35,327 bases of DNA, taken from Thermoplasmatota archaeon (GTDB taxonomy: Archaea > Thermoplasmatota > Penumbrarchaeia > Penumbrarchaeales > Penumbrarchaeaceae). Positions 1 through 9,673 of this stretch are shown piece by piece (the first letter of the stretch is position 1; every line of letters begins with the position of its first letter). Under the pieces are notes generated by a model. It was given only the letters and a program-made list of their open reading frames with translations, ran no database searches and had not been told where the DNA came from. The stretch is from NCBI GenBank assembly GCA_965234725.1, contig CBDDUX010000101.1, positions 1-35,327 on the forward strand. Direction: 5' to 3'. The position numbers were made by a program, and so were the translations under genes.

Positions 1-215
1 ACGATTATGCATTTTTCAATCTGCGTCTACATTCATATTTCTCAGACAGGCTCTTTACACCTTTTTTTTATCTTTGCCTTTTATTAGGAAAAGAAGAAAT
101 GTGATGCGAATGTTTCCGATCGGGCGGGGAAGGATAACTTAGATGAGAGAAAATAACAAATGTGACCTGGATCAGAAAGCAGAGATGTGAATATGCGAAA
201 AAGGGGGTTATCGGC

Positions 216-1178
216 ATGGATACGATAAAAGAAAGGTTGGAGAACATCGATGCATTCATCGTCGTAGGTGTGGGTGGTGACAGCGGAGCCGGAAAAACCA
301 CACTATCTAACGGGATCCGCAGACTTCTGGGAGATGGCCTGGTATCCGGGTTCTCTCTTGATGATTACCACAAGGAGGACAGGAAAACCAGGAAAATGAC
401 AGAGCACCTTCCTCTCGATCCGAAGTTCAACCATCTAGGTCTTCTGGCTGAACACCTGGCCGAGTTGAGAAAAGGGAAAGAGATAATCAAACCGGTCTAC
501 AATCACAATACAGGAGAATTCGATCCCCAGGTCCTGTTCACACCGAAACGTGTTACAATAGTCGAAGGACTACATCCATTTTATTCAAAGGAGTTGAGAG
601 ACCAGATAGACTTCTCCATTTTTGTAGACCCAGTTCAGGATGTGAAATGGAAATGGAAGCTCAAGAGAGACGTGGAAAAAAGGGGACATGACAAGGAGGA
701 TGCCTTCAAGGAGATCCTCAAAAGGGAACCGCTCTTCAAACTCTATATCGATATCCAGAAGATATATTCCGAGGTGGTGATCAATATTCATCCCTCAAGG
801 TACACAGATGACAAGCTGGATAACCCCCAGGTATCCTTGATAATGAGGGCGGCTGAACTCCCAGTCCATCATATAGATATCAGCTTAGACCTCGCCAGTT
901 TCATTTCAGGAACACGGAAATACTTCTCGCTAGAATTCGGGACCGATTATTATTACGGTAATCTGTGCAACATACTAACAATAGACGGCCAGATCGAGAA
1001 GGAAAGCTTATATTCACTACAGGATAGGATATGTTCCTTCACAGGGACAGACTGCGCTGAAATATTCGACTCATCGGAAAATTATGTCAACCCTTTGGGA
1101 ATTGCCCAGTTGATCGTTACCTGGAGATTCCTTGAAAAACTACATATTATCCTGACTGACCTTGAGAACCGTATCTGA
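216..1178 (+). CDS. prk: Phosphoribulokinase, archaeal type (PRK/uridine kinase family)
   Basis: Walker A GDSGAGKTT, DDYH, KPVYNHxTG, EGLHP, WKxxRDxxxRG, and a C-terminal dimerisation region resembling methanogen PRKs. Start moved from GTG162 to ATG216, which follows the SD-like GGGGGT. Confidence 0.88.
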   Translation: MDTIKERLENIDAFIVVGVGGDSGAGKTTLSNGIRRLLGDGLVSGFSLDDYHKEDRKTRKMTEHLPLDPKFNHLGLLAEHLAELRKGKEIIKPVYNHNTGEFDPQVLFTPKRVTIVEGLHPFYSKELRDQIDFSIFVDPVQDVKWKWKLKRDVEKRGHDKEDAFKEILKREPLFKLYIDIQKIYSEVVINIHPSRYTDDKLDNPQVSLIMRAAELPVHHIDISLDLASFISGTRKYFSLEFGTDYYYGNLCNILTIDGQIEKESLYSLQDRICSFTGTDCAEIFDSSENYVNPLGIAQLIVTWRFLEKLHIILTDLENRI

Positions 1179-1216
1179 TGACCAGGTGATTATATCCTTT
1201 TCCACTTCTAGGATGG

Positions 1217-2710
1217 TTAACCAGTTCCATGCAACAATTTCTCAAGAAGAGCAGAGATCGAGATCATGGAGATGTTGACCTGTTGGTCGGACCTTGCATA
1301 AGGTACTACGAGGGTGTCATTGTGAATTAGTGCCCCACAAGTGTATACTACGTTCGGAACATAACCCGATCGAGTATCCTCGGTCCATTTGATGAGCGGT
1401 TCTTTTAACCGACCAATTATTTTCGATGGGTTTTCAGTATCCAGAAGAATAGCCCCGATTGAATATTGCCGAACAGGTCCAACTCCATGGGTAAGAAGAA
1501 GCCAACCTTTCTCTGTCTCGATAGGTGAACCACAGTTTCCGATCTGCATGAACTCCCATGGATAGGAAGGTTTCATGAGCGGCATTATATCATGCCAAAA
1601 ATGAAGATTATCTGAGTACATCAAGAATAGGTTCTCACCGTCCTGGCGGGAGATCATCGCGTAACGATCGTTTATCTTGCGCGGGAACATGGCCATTCCC
1701 TTATTGACAGCTGCGCTTCCGTTCAAGGTAATGATCTTGAAATGAATGAAATCATCTGTCTCCATCAATTGCGGAAGAATGGCTTTGCCATCATAGGCGG
1801 TATAAGTAGCATAATATTTTTTTCTTCCATTATCGTCTATAAAAAGAACGAATCGAGCATCCTCAATGCCATTTTGCTCGCTGGGAGATAGAGGGAATAG
1901 AACACGTTCTGAAATAGGGACTAGAGGTTCGAAATGAGCTTCATAGTTGCACCGGGCCAGCCATTCGATCTTTTCTCTGGCAATGTTATCAGTATCAGAT
2001 AAGGGTTGATTGTTGTAGACCTGGATCTTAACTTTATCCATGAGGTCGGAAAAAGAGAATTCGTCCGATAACGAATTGATGATGAATTTCGAGAAATCGT
2101 TGTGAACACCCAATTCTCGAAGTTTTCTTGCGAAATATGTCTTGTCGTAATTGGGATTCTCTCTCATTTCCGCAGTAGTGGCCAAATTTGACCCCTCATC
2201 AATTGAAATATTGCTATTTTCATCAATACATCCAGAACGAAATTTCAAAGATGAGAAATGTCCTTCCCCTGTGGCCCTCATCGATAAAATGAAACGTAGA
2301 GAACCTTCAGGCAATCCAGTTTGGTCCGGGTCTGGAACGATCGAAGGATTGAAAAGAGCGACTGATTCGAATGAATATTCGCTTAAAAAGTAGGAACCGA
2401 TCAGGAGCCTTCGTTCCCTTGAAGGTAAAACATCGGATGGCATGAATCTACAAAGAGAGTCAAATTGATGTTCTAAAATACTCTCGAAGTTATGATGCCG
2501 TTGTGAGAACTTATCGATCACTTCCTTCAATTCTTTCTGTATCAAATGCTCATCAAGCGCTAATACTCGTGATATTATCCGTTCGATCCGGATATTATTG
2601 AAAGGAATATGCGGGCGCAGAATGACCCGTTGTCTTTCGGGAAAGAATACTATCCCTGAATCTTTCACGATTAAGTTGGGATGTTCTTCGGATACACTCT
2701 TTTTATTCAT
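1217..2710 (-). CDS. Glycoside hydrolase family 130 protein (predicted mannoside phosphorylase/glycosidase) with N-terminal extension
   Basis: ALFNPSIV, RATGEGH, NGIEDARFV, YYATYTAYDG, NKGMAMFPRKI, QIGNCGSPIET, GYVPNVVYTCG. Start overlaps the stop of the upstream GT gene. Confidence 0.88.
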   Translation of the reverse strand: MNKKSVSEEHPNLIVKDSGIVFFPERQRVILRPHIPFNNIRIERIISRVLALDEHLIQKELKEVIDKFSQRHHNFESILEHQFDSLCRFMPSDVLPSRERRLLIGSYFLSEYSFESVALFNPSIVPDPDQTGLPEGSLRFILSMRATGEGHFSSLKFRSGCIDENSNISIDEGSNLATTAEMRENPNYDKTYFARKLRELGVHNDFSKFIINSLSDEFSFSDLMDKVKIQVYNNQPLSDTDNIAREKIEWLARCNYEAHFEPLVPISERVLFPLSPSEQNGIEDARFVLFIDDNGRKKYYATYTAYDGKAILPQLMETDDFIHFKIITLNGSAAVNKGMAMFPRKINDRYAMISRQDGENLFLMYSDNLHFWHDIMPLMKPSYPWEFMQIGNCGSPIETEKGWLLLTHGVGPVRQYSIGAILLDTENPSKIIGRLKEPLIKWTEDTRSGYVPNVVYTCGALIHNDTLVVPYARSDQQVNISMISISALLEKLLHGTG

Positions 2711-5015
2711 TCCATATCGGCTCCTTGAAAGTCTCTAAAGTGTTTGTAACGTTCGTCATCTCATATAGGGCAAGAAGAAATGAAATGGTTGCTTCAGCGC
2801 CTTGATTGCGGTTTACCCTGTCAATATGTAATCCATCGTAGCAACTGCCATTTACTGAGTTGTAGAGTGGAATTCCCAGATCGTTCACCCCAAGATACCA
2901 CTGGAATGCTTTTTCAGCTTCTTTATACCATTGCTTGTCCTTTGTTGCTTTATAAGCTTCCAAACAGGCTGAGACCGTAGAATATGCTTCAATTGGCTGC
3001 TGATCGAAAATGGGTTTGGAACCGCCGCGTTCAAATATCCTGTCCGAACCGATAGGTTGAAATTGTCCGGTCGATGAGGTCTGCATCGTCATCAGCCATT
3101 TCAATGATTCTATCCCGCACCTAAGCGTTTCTTCATTTGAAAGGGATCGGCCGCTTAGTATGAGGGCACGAGATATACCAGCATTGCAATAGGTCAATAC
3201 CGGTTCGAACCAGTTCCATTCTTCACTACTATTTTCTTTGTAAAGTCTTAAAAGGTTCTTTGAAAGCTCCTTCATACTGTTCCGAGCAGACATGTCTCCA
3301 GGGAACCGCCGTTGATATTCCTGGGCCCCGATTATCCCATTGGCCCAAGCTCTTGGAGAGGAAAAAGAAGAGATTGGTGTAAGGGCTTGTTCGAAGATCT
3401 CCGCAGCCATTAGACTGAACCCTTCGTTCTTGGAACGGCCGATGCAGGTTCCTAGTGCCCATACTACTCTACCATGATTGTCCTCGGAGAAGATTTCATC
3501 TTCCCATTTACGATCAAATGAGAGGAAATTTCTAAATCGTGAGGCTTTTTCATCCCAAGCATACCTCACAAAGCCGAGATATCGTGTTGAGAGGTCGTTA
3601 AGTGTCAAGGTATTCAAAGTGCCGAGGTCATCAAGTAATACTGTGAGAACGAGTGCTCTTGAATTATCGTCAGTACAATATCCTTCGGCATAATTGGGAA
3701 TATTATGTTTCGCATGCTGGAATATCCCTATTGAATCCGTCATTCGAATCAGATGTGAAAGTTTGATCTTCGGCAGGATGAAGAGTTGTTCCTCGAGAGA
3801 CCGCATCATGATCTTTTTTTGCATTACAGCTGACCGTTTCTGGCGTGCTTCTTCAAAAAGGGTTCCGTATTGTTGTGAAACCTTATTCCAGGTCATTTCG
3901 CGGCCCAGGAGATAGGCGTTCTTACGCATGGTGTGACGTTCGACCTCGTTCTCGATTAGACGTTTGATCGCAATGGTCAAAGCCCCTGGATCTCCAAAAG
4001 GTACGAGGAGGCCCTTATCATCCACAAGAAGCTCCTTTGCATGCCAGTATGGTGTTGATATCACGGCATTTCCTGCGCCGAAAGCATAGGACAGTGTTCC
4101 AGATGTGATCTGCGTTTCCTCAAGATAGGGCGTTATATAAATATCGGCGATGGCAAGTAGTTCCTTCAAAACTTCCAATGGAACAAATTTGTTATGGAAT
4201 ATGACATGCCCTTTGATACCGAGTTCATCTGCAAGGAGCTGAAGCGATATCCGGTATTTCTCACCTTCATTCCTGATATGATGGGGGTGAGTGACACCGG
4301 CGACCAGGTATACGACATTGGGGTGGTCCTTGATGACCTCCGGGAGCGCCCGCAGAACGACCTCGATACCTTTTTGCGGAGAAAGCAGGCCGAATGTCAG
4401 AAGGACAATTTTTCCTTCGACACCGTATTGGTCTTTATAGAAATTTGGATCGATGAAGGACACATCGTGAATTCCGTGTGGGATCAATCGGACCTTGTCC
4501 TGATGGGTTTGATGTACGTCGTTGAGAATATCTATTGCCTTCTGGGACATGACAATTACATAGTCAGATATTGTCAGCAGTTCATTCATGACACGACGCT
4601 GTTCTTCGTTAGGATCTGTAAGAACCGTGTGAAGTGTTGTTACCACAGGCATTTTCAGTTTACGCAGCAATGTAAGGATATAACTCCCTGCTTTTCCGCC
4701 AAAAATGCCATATTCGAATTGGAGACAGACGATATCGATGTCATTCAGGTTTAAAAAGTCGGCAGCCTCTTTATAGGAGTTTAGGTCCTTTTCTATTATT
4801 TCGAATCGAACACGTTCGGGATATTGATAGCCCTCTTCAATATCGGTAATGGGAATTGCAAAACATTGGATACCGGGATGGCTCGACGCGAAAGACTCGC
4901 ATAGGTCCGTTGTAAATGTAGCGATACCGCACTGACGGGGAAGGTAATTGCCAATAAAGGCAACTTTCTTAAGGTTTTTAATATGTTTTATTGTATTTTC
5001 TGTCACATCGACCAC
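2703..5015 (-). CDS. GT4 (GT-B) glycosyltransferase fused to a C-terminal (alpha/alpha)6 glycosidase-like domain
   Basis: N-terminal PRQCGIATFT, EYGIFGG, TFGLLSPQKGIE, QITSGTLSYA, STPYWHAKEL. C-terminal GYCTDDNSRAL, FDQQPIEA, CYDGL..VNRNQGAE. GTG start is uncertain. Confidence 0.88.
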   Translation of the reverse strand: MVDVTENTIKHIKNLKKVAFIGNYLPRQCGIATFTTDLCESFASSHPGIQCFAIPITDIEEGYQYPERVRFEIIEKDLNSYKEAADFLNLNDIDIVCLQFEYGIFGGKAGSYILTLLRKLKMPVVTTLHTVLTDPNEEQRRVMNELLTISDYVIVMSQKAIDILNDVHQTHQDKVRLIPHGIHDVSFIDPNFYKDQYGVEGKIVLLTFGLLSPQKGIEVVLRALPEVIKDHPNVVYLVAGVTHPHHIRNEGEKYRISLQLLADELGIKGHVIFHNKFVPLEVLKELLAIADIYITPYLEETQITSGTLSYAFGAGNAVISTPYWHAKELLVDDKGLLVPFGDPGALTIAIKRLIENEVERHTMRKNAYLLGREMTWNKVSQQYGTLFEEARQKRSAVMQKKIMMRSLEEQLFILPKIKLSHLIRMTDSIGIFQHAKHNIPNYAEGYCTDDNSRALVLTVLLDDLGTLNTLTLNDLSTRYLGFVRYAWDEKASRFRNFLSFDRKWEDEIFSEDNHGRVVWALGTCIGRSKNEGFSLMAAEIFEQALTPISSFSSPRAWANGIIGAQEYQRRFPGDMSARNSMKELSKNLLRLYKENSSEEWNWFEPVLTYCNAGISRALILSGRSLSNEETLRCGIESLKWLMTMQTSSTGQFQPIGSDRIFERGGSKPIFDQQPIEAYSTVSACLEAYKATKDKQWYKEAEKAFQWYLGVNDLGIPLYNSVNGSCYDGLHIDRVNRNQGAEATISFLLALYEMTNVTNTLETFKEPIWNE

Positions 5016-5338
5016 ATCAAAATATTATCCAAAATGTAAATATTTCCATTTCTTTCAATTTAAGCGTTCATATGAACACCTGAGACATCTTTGAACTCAT
5101 TCCCTCTTGATATATCTTGTCATCTTCTTCAATAAGGTCGTTGTGGCATGGTTCTGATTTATTTCTTGATCTTTCTTAATACACCAGCATCAATTTATGT
5201 GAATATCTTGATGATAGAAAGGTCGGTTCAAGGAAATATAAATAGACATGAGAGCAATGCCCGAAATGGAAGAAGAAGGCAATAGGAAAGAAGAATTGTA
5301 ACATGAAAGGAAAAATGCAATACAATAAAAAAGAATGT

Positions 5339-5364
5339 GGATTCAATCCTTCTGAATTGAATCC
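5339..5364. terminator. Intrinsic-terminator-like hairpin, possibly bidirectional, downstream of the RRM gene
   Basis: Perfect 9-bp inverted repeat GGATTCAAT/ATTGAATCC with an 8-nt loop, an A-tract on the left and a T-tract on the right. Confidence 0.7.
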
Positions 5365-5395
5365 TTATCTTTTTTTTCTTCATTTTTAATAGAGA

Positions 5396-5662
5396 TTACC
5401 AGGAATTGTTACTTCTTTCCTCTCGAGGGCGGGCAGCGTTGACCTTTAGTGCCCTACCAAGATGATCTTTGCCATCCAGTTCACCAATAGCCTTTTTTGC
5501 CTCATCGTCATCGGTCATTTCTACGAAACCAAATCCCTTGGATCTATCCGTCATTCTATCAATAATGATCCTTACGGATTCTACTGATCCAAATTCTTCA
5601 AAAATCGTTCTTATGTCATTTTCTCCCGCTTCATACGAGAGATTTCCAATGTATATATTCAT
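5396..5662 (-). CDS. Single-domain RRM (RNP-1) RNA-binding protein, bacterial Rbp type
   Basis: RNP2 IYIGNL, RNP1 KGFGFVEM, C-terminal GRALKVNAARPRE. SD GGGGGT upstream. Confidence 0.95.
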   Translation of the reverse strand: MNIYIGNLSYEAGENDIRTIFEEFGSVESVRIIIDRMTDRSKGFGFVEMTDDDEAKKAIGELDGKDHLGRALKVNAARPREERSNNSW

Positions 5663-6391
5663 TTAAATACCCCCTTTGCCTGATCTCGGGGGCACGAAGC
5701 ACCAAAAAAACAAGCCTAGAGCAACCTTTCTAAGAACCTAACCTATTTATAATGACCGGCTGAATCTCCAAAGAAGAAAATCTAGTATAATAGATATTAA
5801 CTTGATAATTTATTCCATTTATTACATACTTTTGCATTCCAAGCAATATTCAAAACTCTCATCACCAAGGAAAAAAATGGAAGGTAACTTACATCCCTCA
5901 AGAAGTAAAAATGAATAGTGAAGGAATTGTTTTCGAAGTGGAGGTAACAGGAAAAAAGTTATCTGAATCTCAAAGAAAAGGGCTTGGGTGTGGGGTAAGG
6001 GGTTGGTGTGGGGATTTGAAGATAAGATACATAGATCACCCAAGCTTAGATTAATATTCATACTCAAAATACTTAATGCTATTCCATTGATATAGCAATG
6101 ATAATTTTAGATCCTTTTCATGATGATATTTCTAACATCATCCACAATTTCATCTTAACATCATCTAGGATCTTTTCCAGTTTACTCTATCTTGAAAGCA
6201 GTAAGGAAATTCTTTACCACACTTCCGGGACGGGTAAAATCTAAATGGTGAGAGGATGTTTCCGGAGTTGGAGGAAAATGGCAATTATTTTAATGGTATT
6301 AATTCACTAAATCTGTTAAATAATCTAAAATCGGAGAACCATTCCTCTCAAGGGGAAAGGGAGCCATCATAATTGTTGTTGATTATCAATT

Positions 6392-8770
6392 TCACTGATA
6401 CCTCAAAGCGTCACCGGGCCTGATCCTTGTAGCTCTTAGTATAGGCAGTTGTGCAACAAGGATTGATCCGATGATGACCATGAAGAATCCTGCTGCAACA
6501 TATGACAATGGGTAGTGGATCTCTATCTCCCAATCGATCATGGAAAAAATGAGATAGGAAATGGTCCTCGCCATGAGATAACCCAATGGGATCCCAAGAG
6601 CCCATCCTACCAAAGACAATGAAATTACCTCCGTTGTGAATACGGTCCTGATCTTCGATGCAACGGCCCCCAAACATCTCATCACACCGATCTCTCTGGT
6701 TCTGTCCATTATGTTCATCGTTAGATTGGAGGTCAAACCCACAAGAGAGATCAGAATGATGATGAGCGAGGTGGCAGCCATCATATTGACAATGGATCTG
6801 TTCTGGGATACTGTCTCCTCTACGATCCTGTACTTCTTATGGGTCTCGATATCCTGTCCGTATGATCTCATTTCATCCTCAATATCAGCAGAGACCCGAT
6901 CAACGACAGATCTGGAATCATCCTCTGTTATGATGTGGAATCCCGAGACCGTTCCGTTCTGTTCTGAGAGGGATTGAACCGCTCCGAGAGGCATGTAAAG
7001 GACCATACCCATATAGTAGAAATCGGAGTCGATTCCAATTATCTCGATGTCGGAAGGACCGGTTGGTGTCATAACATTGATGATATCCCCGACAGTGATC
7101 GAAGCATACCCTGCCAGTTGTTCTCCTATGACCGCAACGTGCAAAAATTCATCGGAAAACCAGGACCCTTTGATAAGGGTCCTATCATGGAGTTTTATTA
7201 CGGTACCAGGATCGTATCCCATGACATGAACTTCCATGCCGCCCATGGTGAATCTGTTCTCTAGAAAGGGCTCCACAAGATCTACACCATCTATCTCCGA
7301 TATTTTTACAGATTCTCCAGAATTCAGATCGCTGGACCCATTAACATTTTCTACAATTATATCATAATCGACATTGTCTATCGTCCTTGTAAGTTCCTCA
7401 CCAAGGGAGAACCCGAAGGAGACAAGTCCGAGAAATACTCCAACTGCAAGAGATATCTGAAGGATGGTAGCAATGCTCCTTCCCTTCCTTCGAGATGCAT
7501 TCCTGAACCCGAGCTGAACAATTCTTGGAAGCCATTTCGACCCCATCAGGAACCTGTCTACCGGTCCCTTGCCGTAATTTGAAGCTATACCAGTATCCTC
7601 CAATCCCTCTCTGGTCCTTACTCTAATACCTTTGATAATGGCAGGCATGGAAGATAGGACAACGAGGAGAATCCCCCCTAAGAGACTGAGAATAACAGTT
7701 GGAATATGAATGGAGAATACTGCATCGAATCCCAGGAGTCCTCCGAAATAAATGAGAAGGATGAACGTCAAACCTGTTCCCAGGATTGTTCCAATAGTAG
7801 CTCCAATGGAACCGATTATCAGAGAGGTGGTCAGGAAAGATCTGAATATCTGGACCTTTCTTGCCCCGACAGCCTTCATCATAGCGATCTCTTTCCTTTG
7901 TTCTGAAATGATAGTGTTCATTGTGTTGTAAATGAAGAAGATGGAGCACAGGACTGCGATCACAGTGAGCACATACATGATAGACATGAAGATATCCAGG
8001 AACTCTCCTGCAGGCCATTCTCCTTCTTTTCTTATCTCCGGGGTCTGGTCCAGTGATCCAATTCCATCCACAGATTCCAGGACCGACCATATCTCGTTAA
8101 TGGTACTCTCTATCTGATCATCCTCTGTTGACCGGAGATCGAACGAGAGCGTGTTGATGCCTGTTGAATTAGCAATAGTATGGATGAAACCAATATCACA
8201 GTAGAATACTGCCAAACCTGAAGAGTCATAGGATCCCTCACTATGAGCAAGTGATTTTCCAACTCCGGATACCGGAATTTTTCTTTCATTTCCTGTAGGA
8301 TCCAAGATAACAACCTCAGACCCATCTTCCCCACAGAAGATCCCGTTCTTCGAATTCCATTTTTCCGTGAGGAACTCTCCATTTTCGGGATAGGACCCAG
8401 AAACAAGCAATATCCTGTCCACTGACATCTCATCGAGATCATCCACACCTACCATTCTGATATCTTCCCTTCCAACCCCTCTCAGCATCTCGGACCTGAG
8501 AACATATGCGGTCTGGATATTTTCAATATTATCTATCAAGGATAATTCGGATAGAGTACCTTCCGAAAGTTCTACATCGGGAAATGAATACCTCAAATTG
8601 AATAAGTTCTGCTCCTCCACCTCATCATCAATAGTGCCCTTAGCAAGCGGATTTACAGCAAAAAGGGCCATTCCCATGACCCCAAGGACTATGGTAAGAA
8701 CGGTGAAGATGGACCTGGCCTTCCTTCTCTTCAGATCATTGAAACTCTTTGATAATAATGCTGATATCAT
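6392..8770 (-). CDS. ABC transporter permease, MacB/FtsX family with two FtsX repeats
   Basis: Duplicated architecture: EQRKEIAMMKAVGA and DRTREIGVMRCLGA motifs, two extracytoplasmic domains, C-terminal IRPGDALRYQ. Confidence 0.9.
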   Translation of the reverse strand: MISALLSKSFNDLKRRKARSIFTVLTIVLGVMGMALFAVNPLAKGTIDDEVEEQNLFNLRYSFPDVELSEGTLSELSLIDNIENIQTAYVLRSEMLRGVGREDIRMVGVDDLDEMSVDRILLVSGSYPENGEFLTEKWNSKNGIFCGEDGSEVVILDPTGNERKIPVSGVGKSLAHSEGSYDSSGLAVFYCDIGFIHTIANSTGINTLSFDLRSTEDDQIESTINEIWSVLESVDGIGSLDQTPEIRKEGEWPAGEFLDIFMSIMYVLTVIAVLCSIFFIYNTMNTIISEQRKEIAMMKAVGARKVQIFRSFLTTSLIIGSIGATIGTILGTGLTFILLIYFGGLLGFDAVFSIHIPTVILSLLGGILLVVLSSMPAIIKGIRVRTREGLEDTGIASNYGKGPVDRFLMGSKWLPRIVQLGFRNASRRKGRSIATILQISLAVGVFLGLVSFGFSLGEELTRTIDNVDYDIIVENVNGSSDLNSGESVKISEIDGVDLVEPFLENRFTMGGMEVHVMGYDPGTVIKLHDRTLIKGSWFSDEFLHVAVIGEQLAGYASITVGDIINVMTPTGPSDIEIIGIDSDFYYMGMVLYMPLGAVQSLSEQNGTVSGFHIITEDDSRSVVDRVSADIEDEMRSYGQDIETHKKYRIVEETVSQNRSIVNMMAATSLIIILISLVGLTSNLTMNIMDRTREIGVMRCLGAVASKIRTVFTTEVISLSLVGWALGIPLGYLMARTISYLIFSMIDWEIEIHYPLSYVAAGFFMVIIGSILVAQLPILRATRIRPGDALRYQ

Positions 8771-8785
8771 CTTCCCTTCCCACCT

Positions 8786-9457
8786 TCAGTTATCCACCAC
8801 TCCGTCAAGCATCCTGATCTGTCTGGAAGCCCTTCCGGCCAGATCCTTTGAATGGGTCACATAAACAAGGGTCATCCCACTGTCATTTAGAACCCGGAAC
8901 AGGTCGAAGACCTTTGATTCCGTCTTTGAATCAAGATTTCCCGTCGGTTCATCACAGATAAGGAGTAGAGGATCGTTCGCCAGGGCCCTTGCTATGGCAA
9001 CTCTTTGCTGCTCTCCCCCGGAAAGTTCGGATGGCAGATGATCCCATTTATCTCCAAGGCCTACGATATCCAGGTTCCTCATGGCCTTCTTCCTTCTTTC
9101 CTTGAGACTTCCGTTCCGAATGAGGTCCATTGGAAGCATGCAGTTCTCCAGAGCATTCAGGGTGGGGAAGAGCTGGAAGAACTGGAATACTATTCCCACA
9201 TTCCTACCCCGCCATTTTGCCAGCTTGTCCTCACTCATCAGATCAATCCTTTGCTTCTGAATATCCACAATTCCCCTGGTCGGTTTATCGATCCCGGTTA
9301 TCATATTGAGCAATGTGGTTTTCCCGCATCCGGATGGACCCACTATGGAGATCATCTCTCCCTGTTCTATCTCAATATCCACCCCTCTTAGGGCATTGTA
9401 AGACATCTTTCCGGACCTGTATTCCTTGTGCAGACCTTTCAATCGTATCATGGTCAT
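8786..9457 (-). CDS. ABC transporter ATP-binding protein, LolD/MacB-like
   Basis: Walker A GPSGCGKTT, LSGGEQQRVAIARAL, DEPTGNLD, H-loop VTH. Start placed at ATG9457 after the SD GGCGGTGA. Confidence 0.93.
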   Translation of the reverse strand: MTMIRLKGLHKEYRSGKMSYNALRGVDIEIEQGEMISIVGPSGCGKTTLLNMITGIDKPTRGIVDIQKQRIDLMSEDKLAKWRGRNVGIVFQFFQLFPTLNALENCMLPMDLIRNGSLKERRKKAMRNLDIVGLGDKWDHLPSELSGGEQQRVAIARALANDPLLLICDEPTGNLDSKTESKVFDLFRVLNDSGMTLVYVTHSKDLAGRASRQIRMLDGVVDN

Positions 9458-9536
9458 CCTATCACCGCCTTCATTTCTTGGGGCCCCATATCCCGACATC
9501 ACTAACCACCTGCTCCATATCCTGCATATTCTCATG

Positions 9537-9660
9537 TATATTTATACTTTGTTTTGAAGTATTATAATATGTGGATTTATTATATCTTATGCCTGCATAC
9601 CTTAATTATAATGGAAATATTATCAGGTATTATTATGATAAAAATAATTCCATTTATATA
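9537..9660. promoter_or_regulatory. Divergent promoter region with TATA-like boxes and inverted repeats
   Basis: AT-rich. TATAAATATA on the minus strand (9537-9546) and TTTATATA on the plus strand (9653-9660). Inverted repeats ATACTT-N7-AAGTAT (9544-9562) and ATACCT-N22-AGGTAT (9597-9630). Confidence 0.5.
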
Positions 9661-9673
9661 CTCTTAGAAAGAT

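Noticed and set aside
4194..4754. 186-aa plus-strand ORF, and similar long antisense ORFs at 22316-22876 and 28265-28840
   Set aside because: They are shadows of well-supported genes on the opposite strand.
5822..6067. 81-aa minus-strand ORF in the intergenic gap
   Set aside because: TTG start without SD, low-complexity translation across the G-rich tract, no recognisable motif.
6133..6165. Direct repeat TAACATCATC twice, 23 bp apart
   Set aside because: Only two short copies in AT-rich DNA; not CRISPR-like and no target gene is evident.
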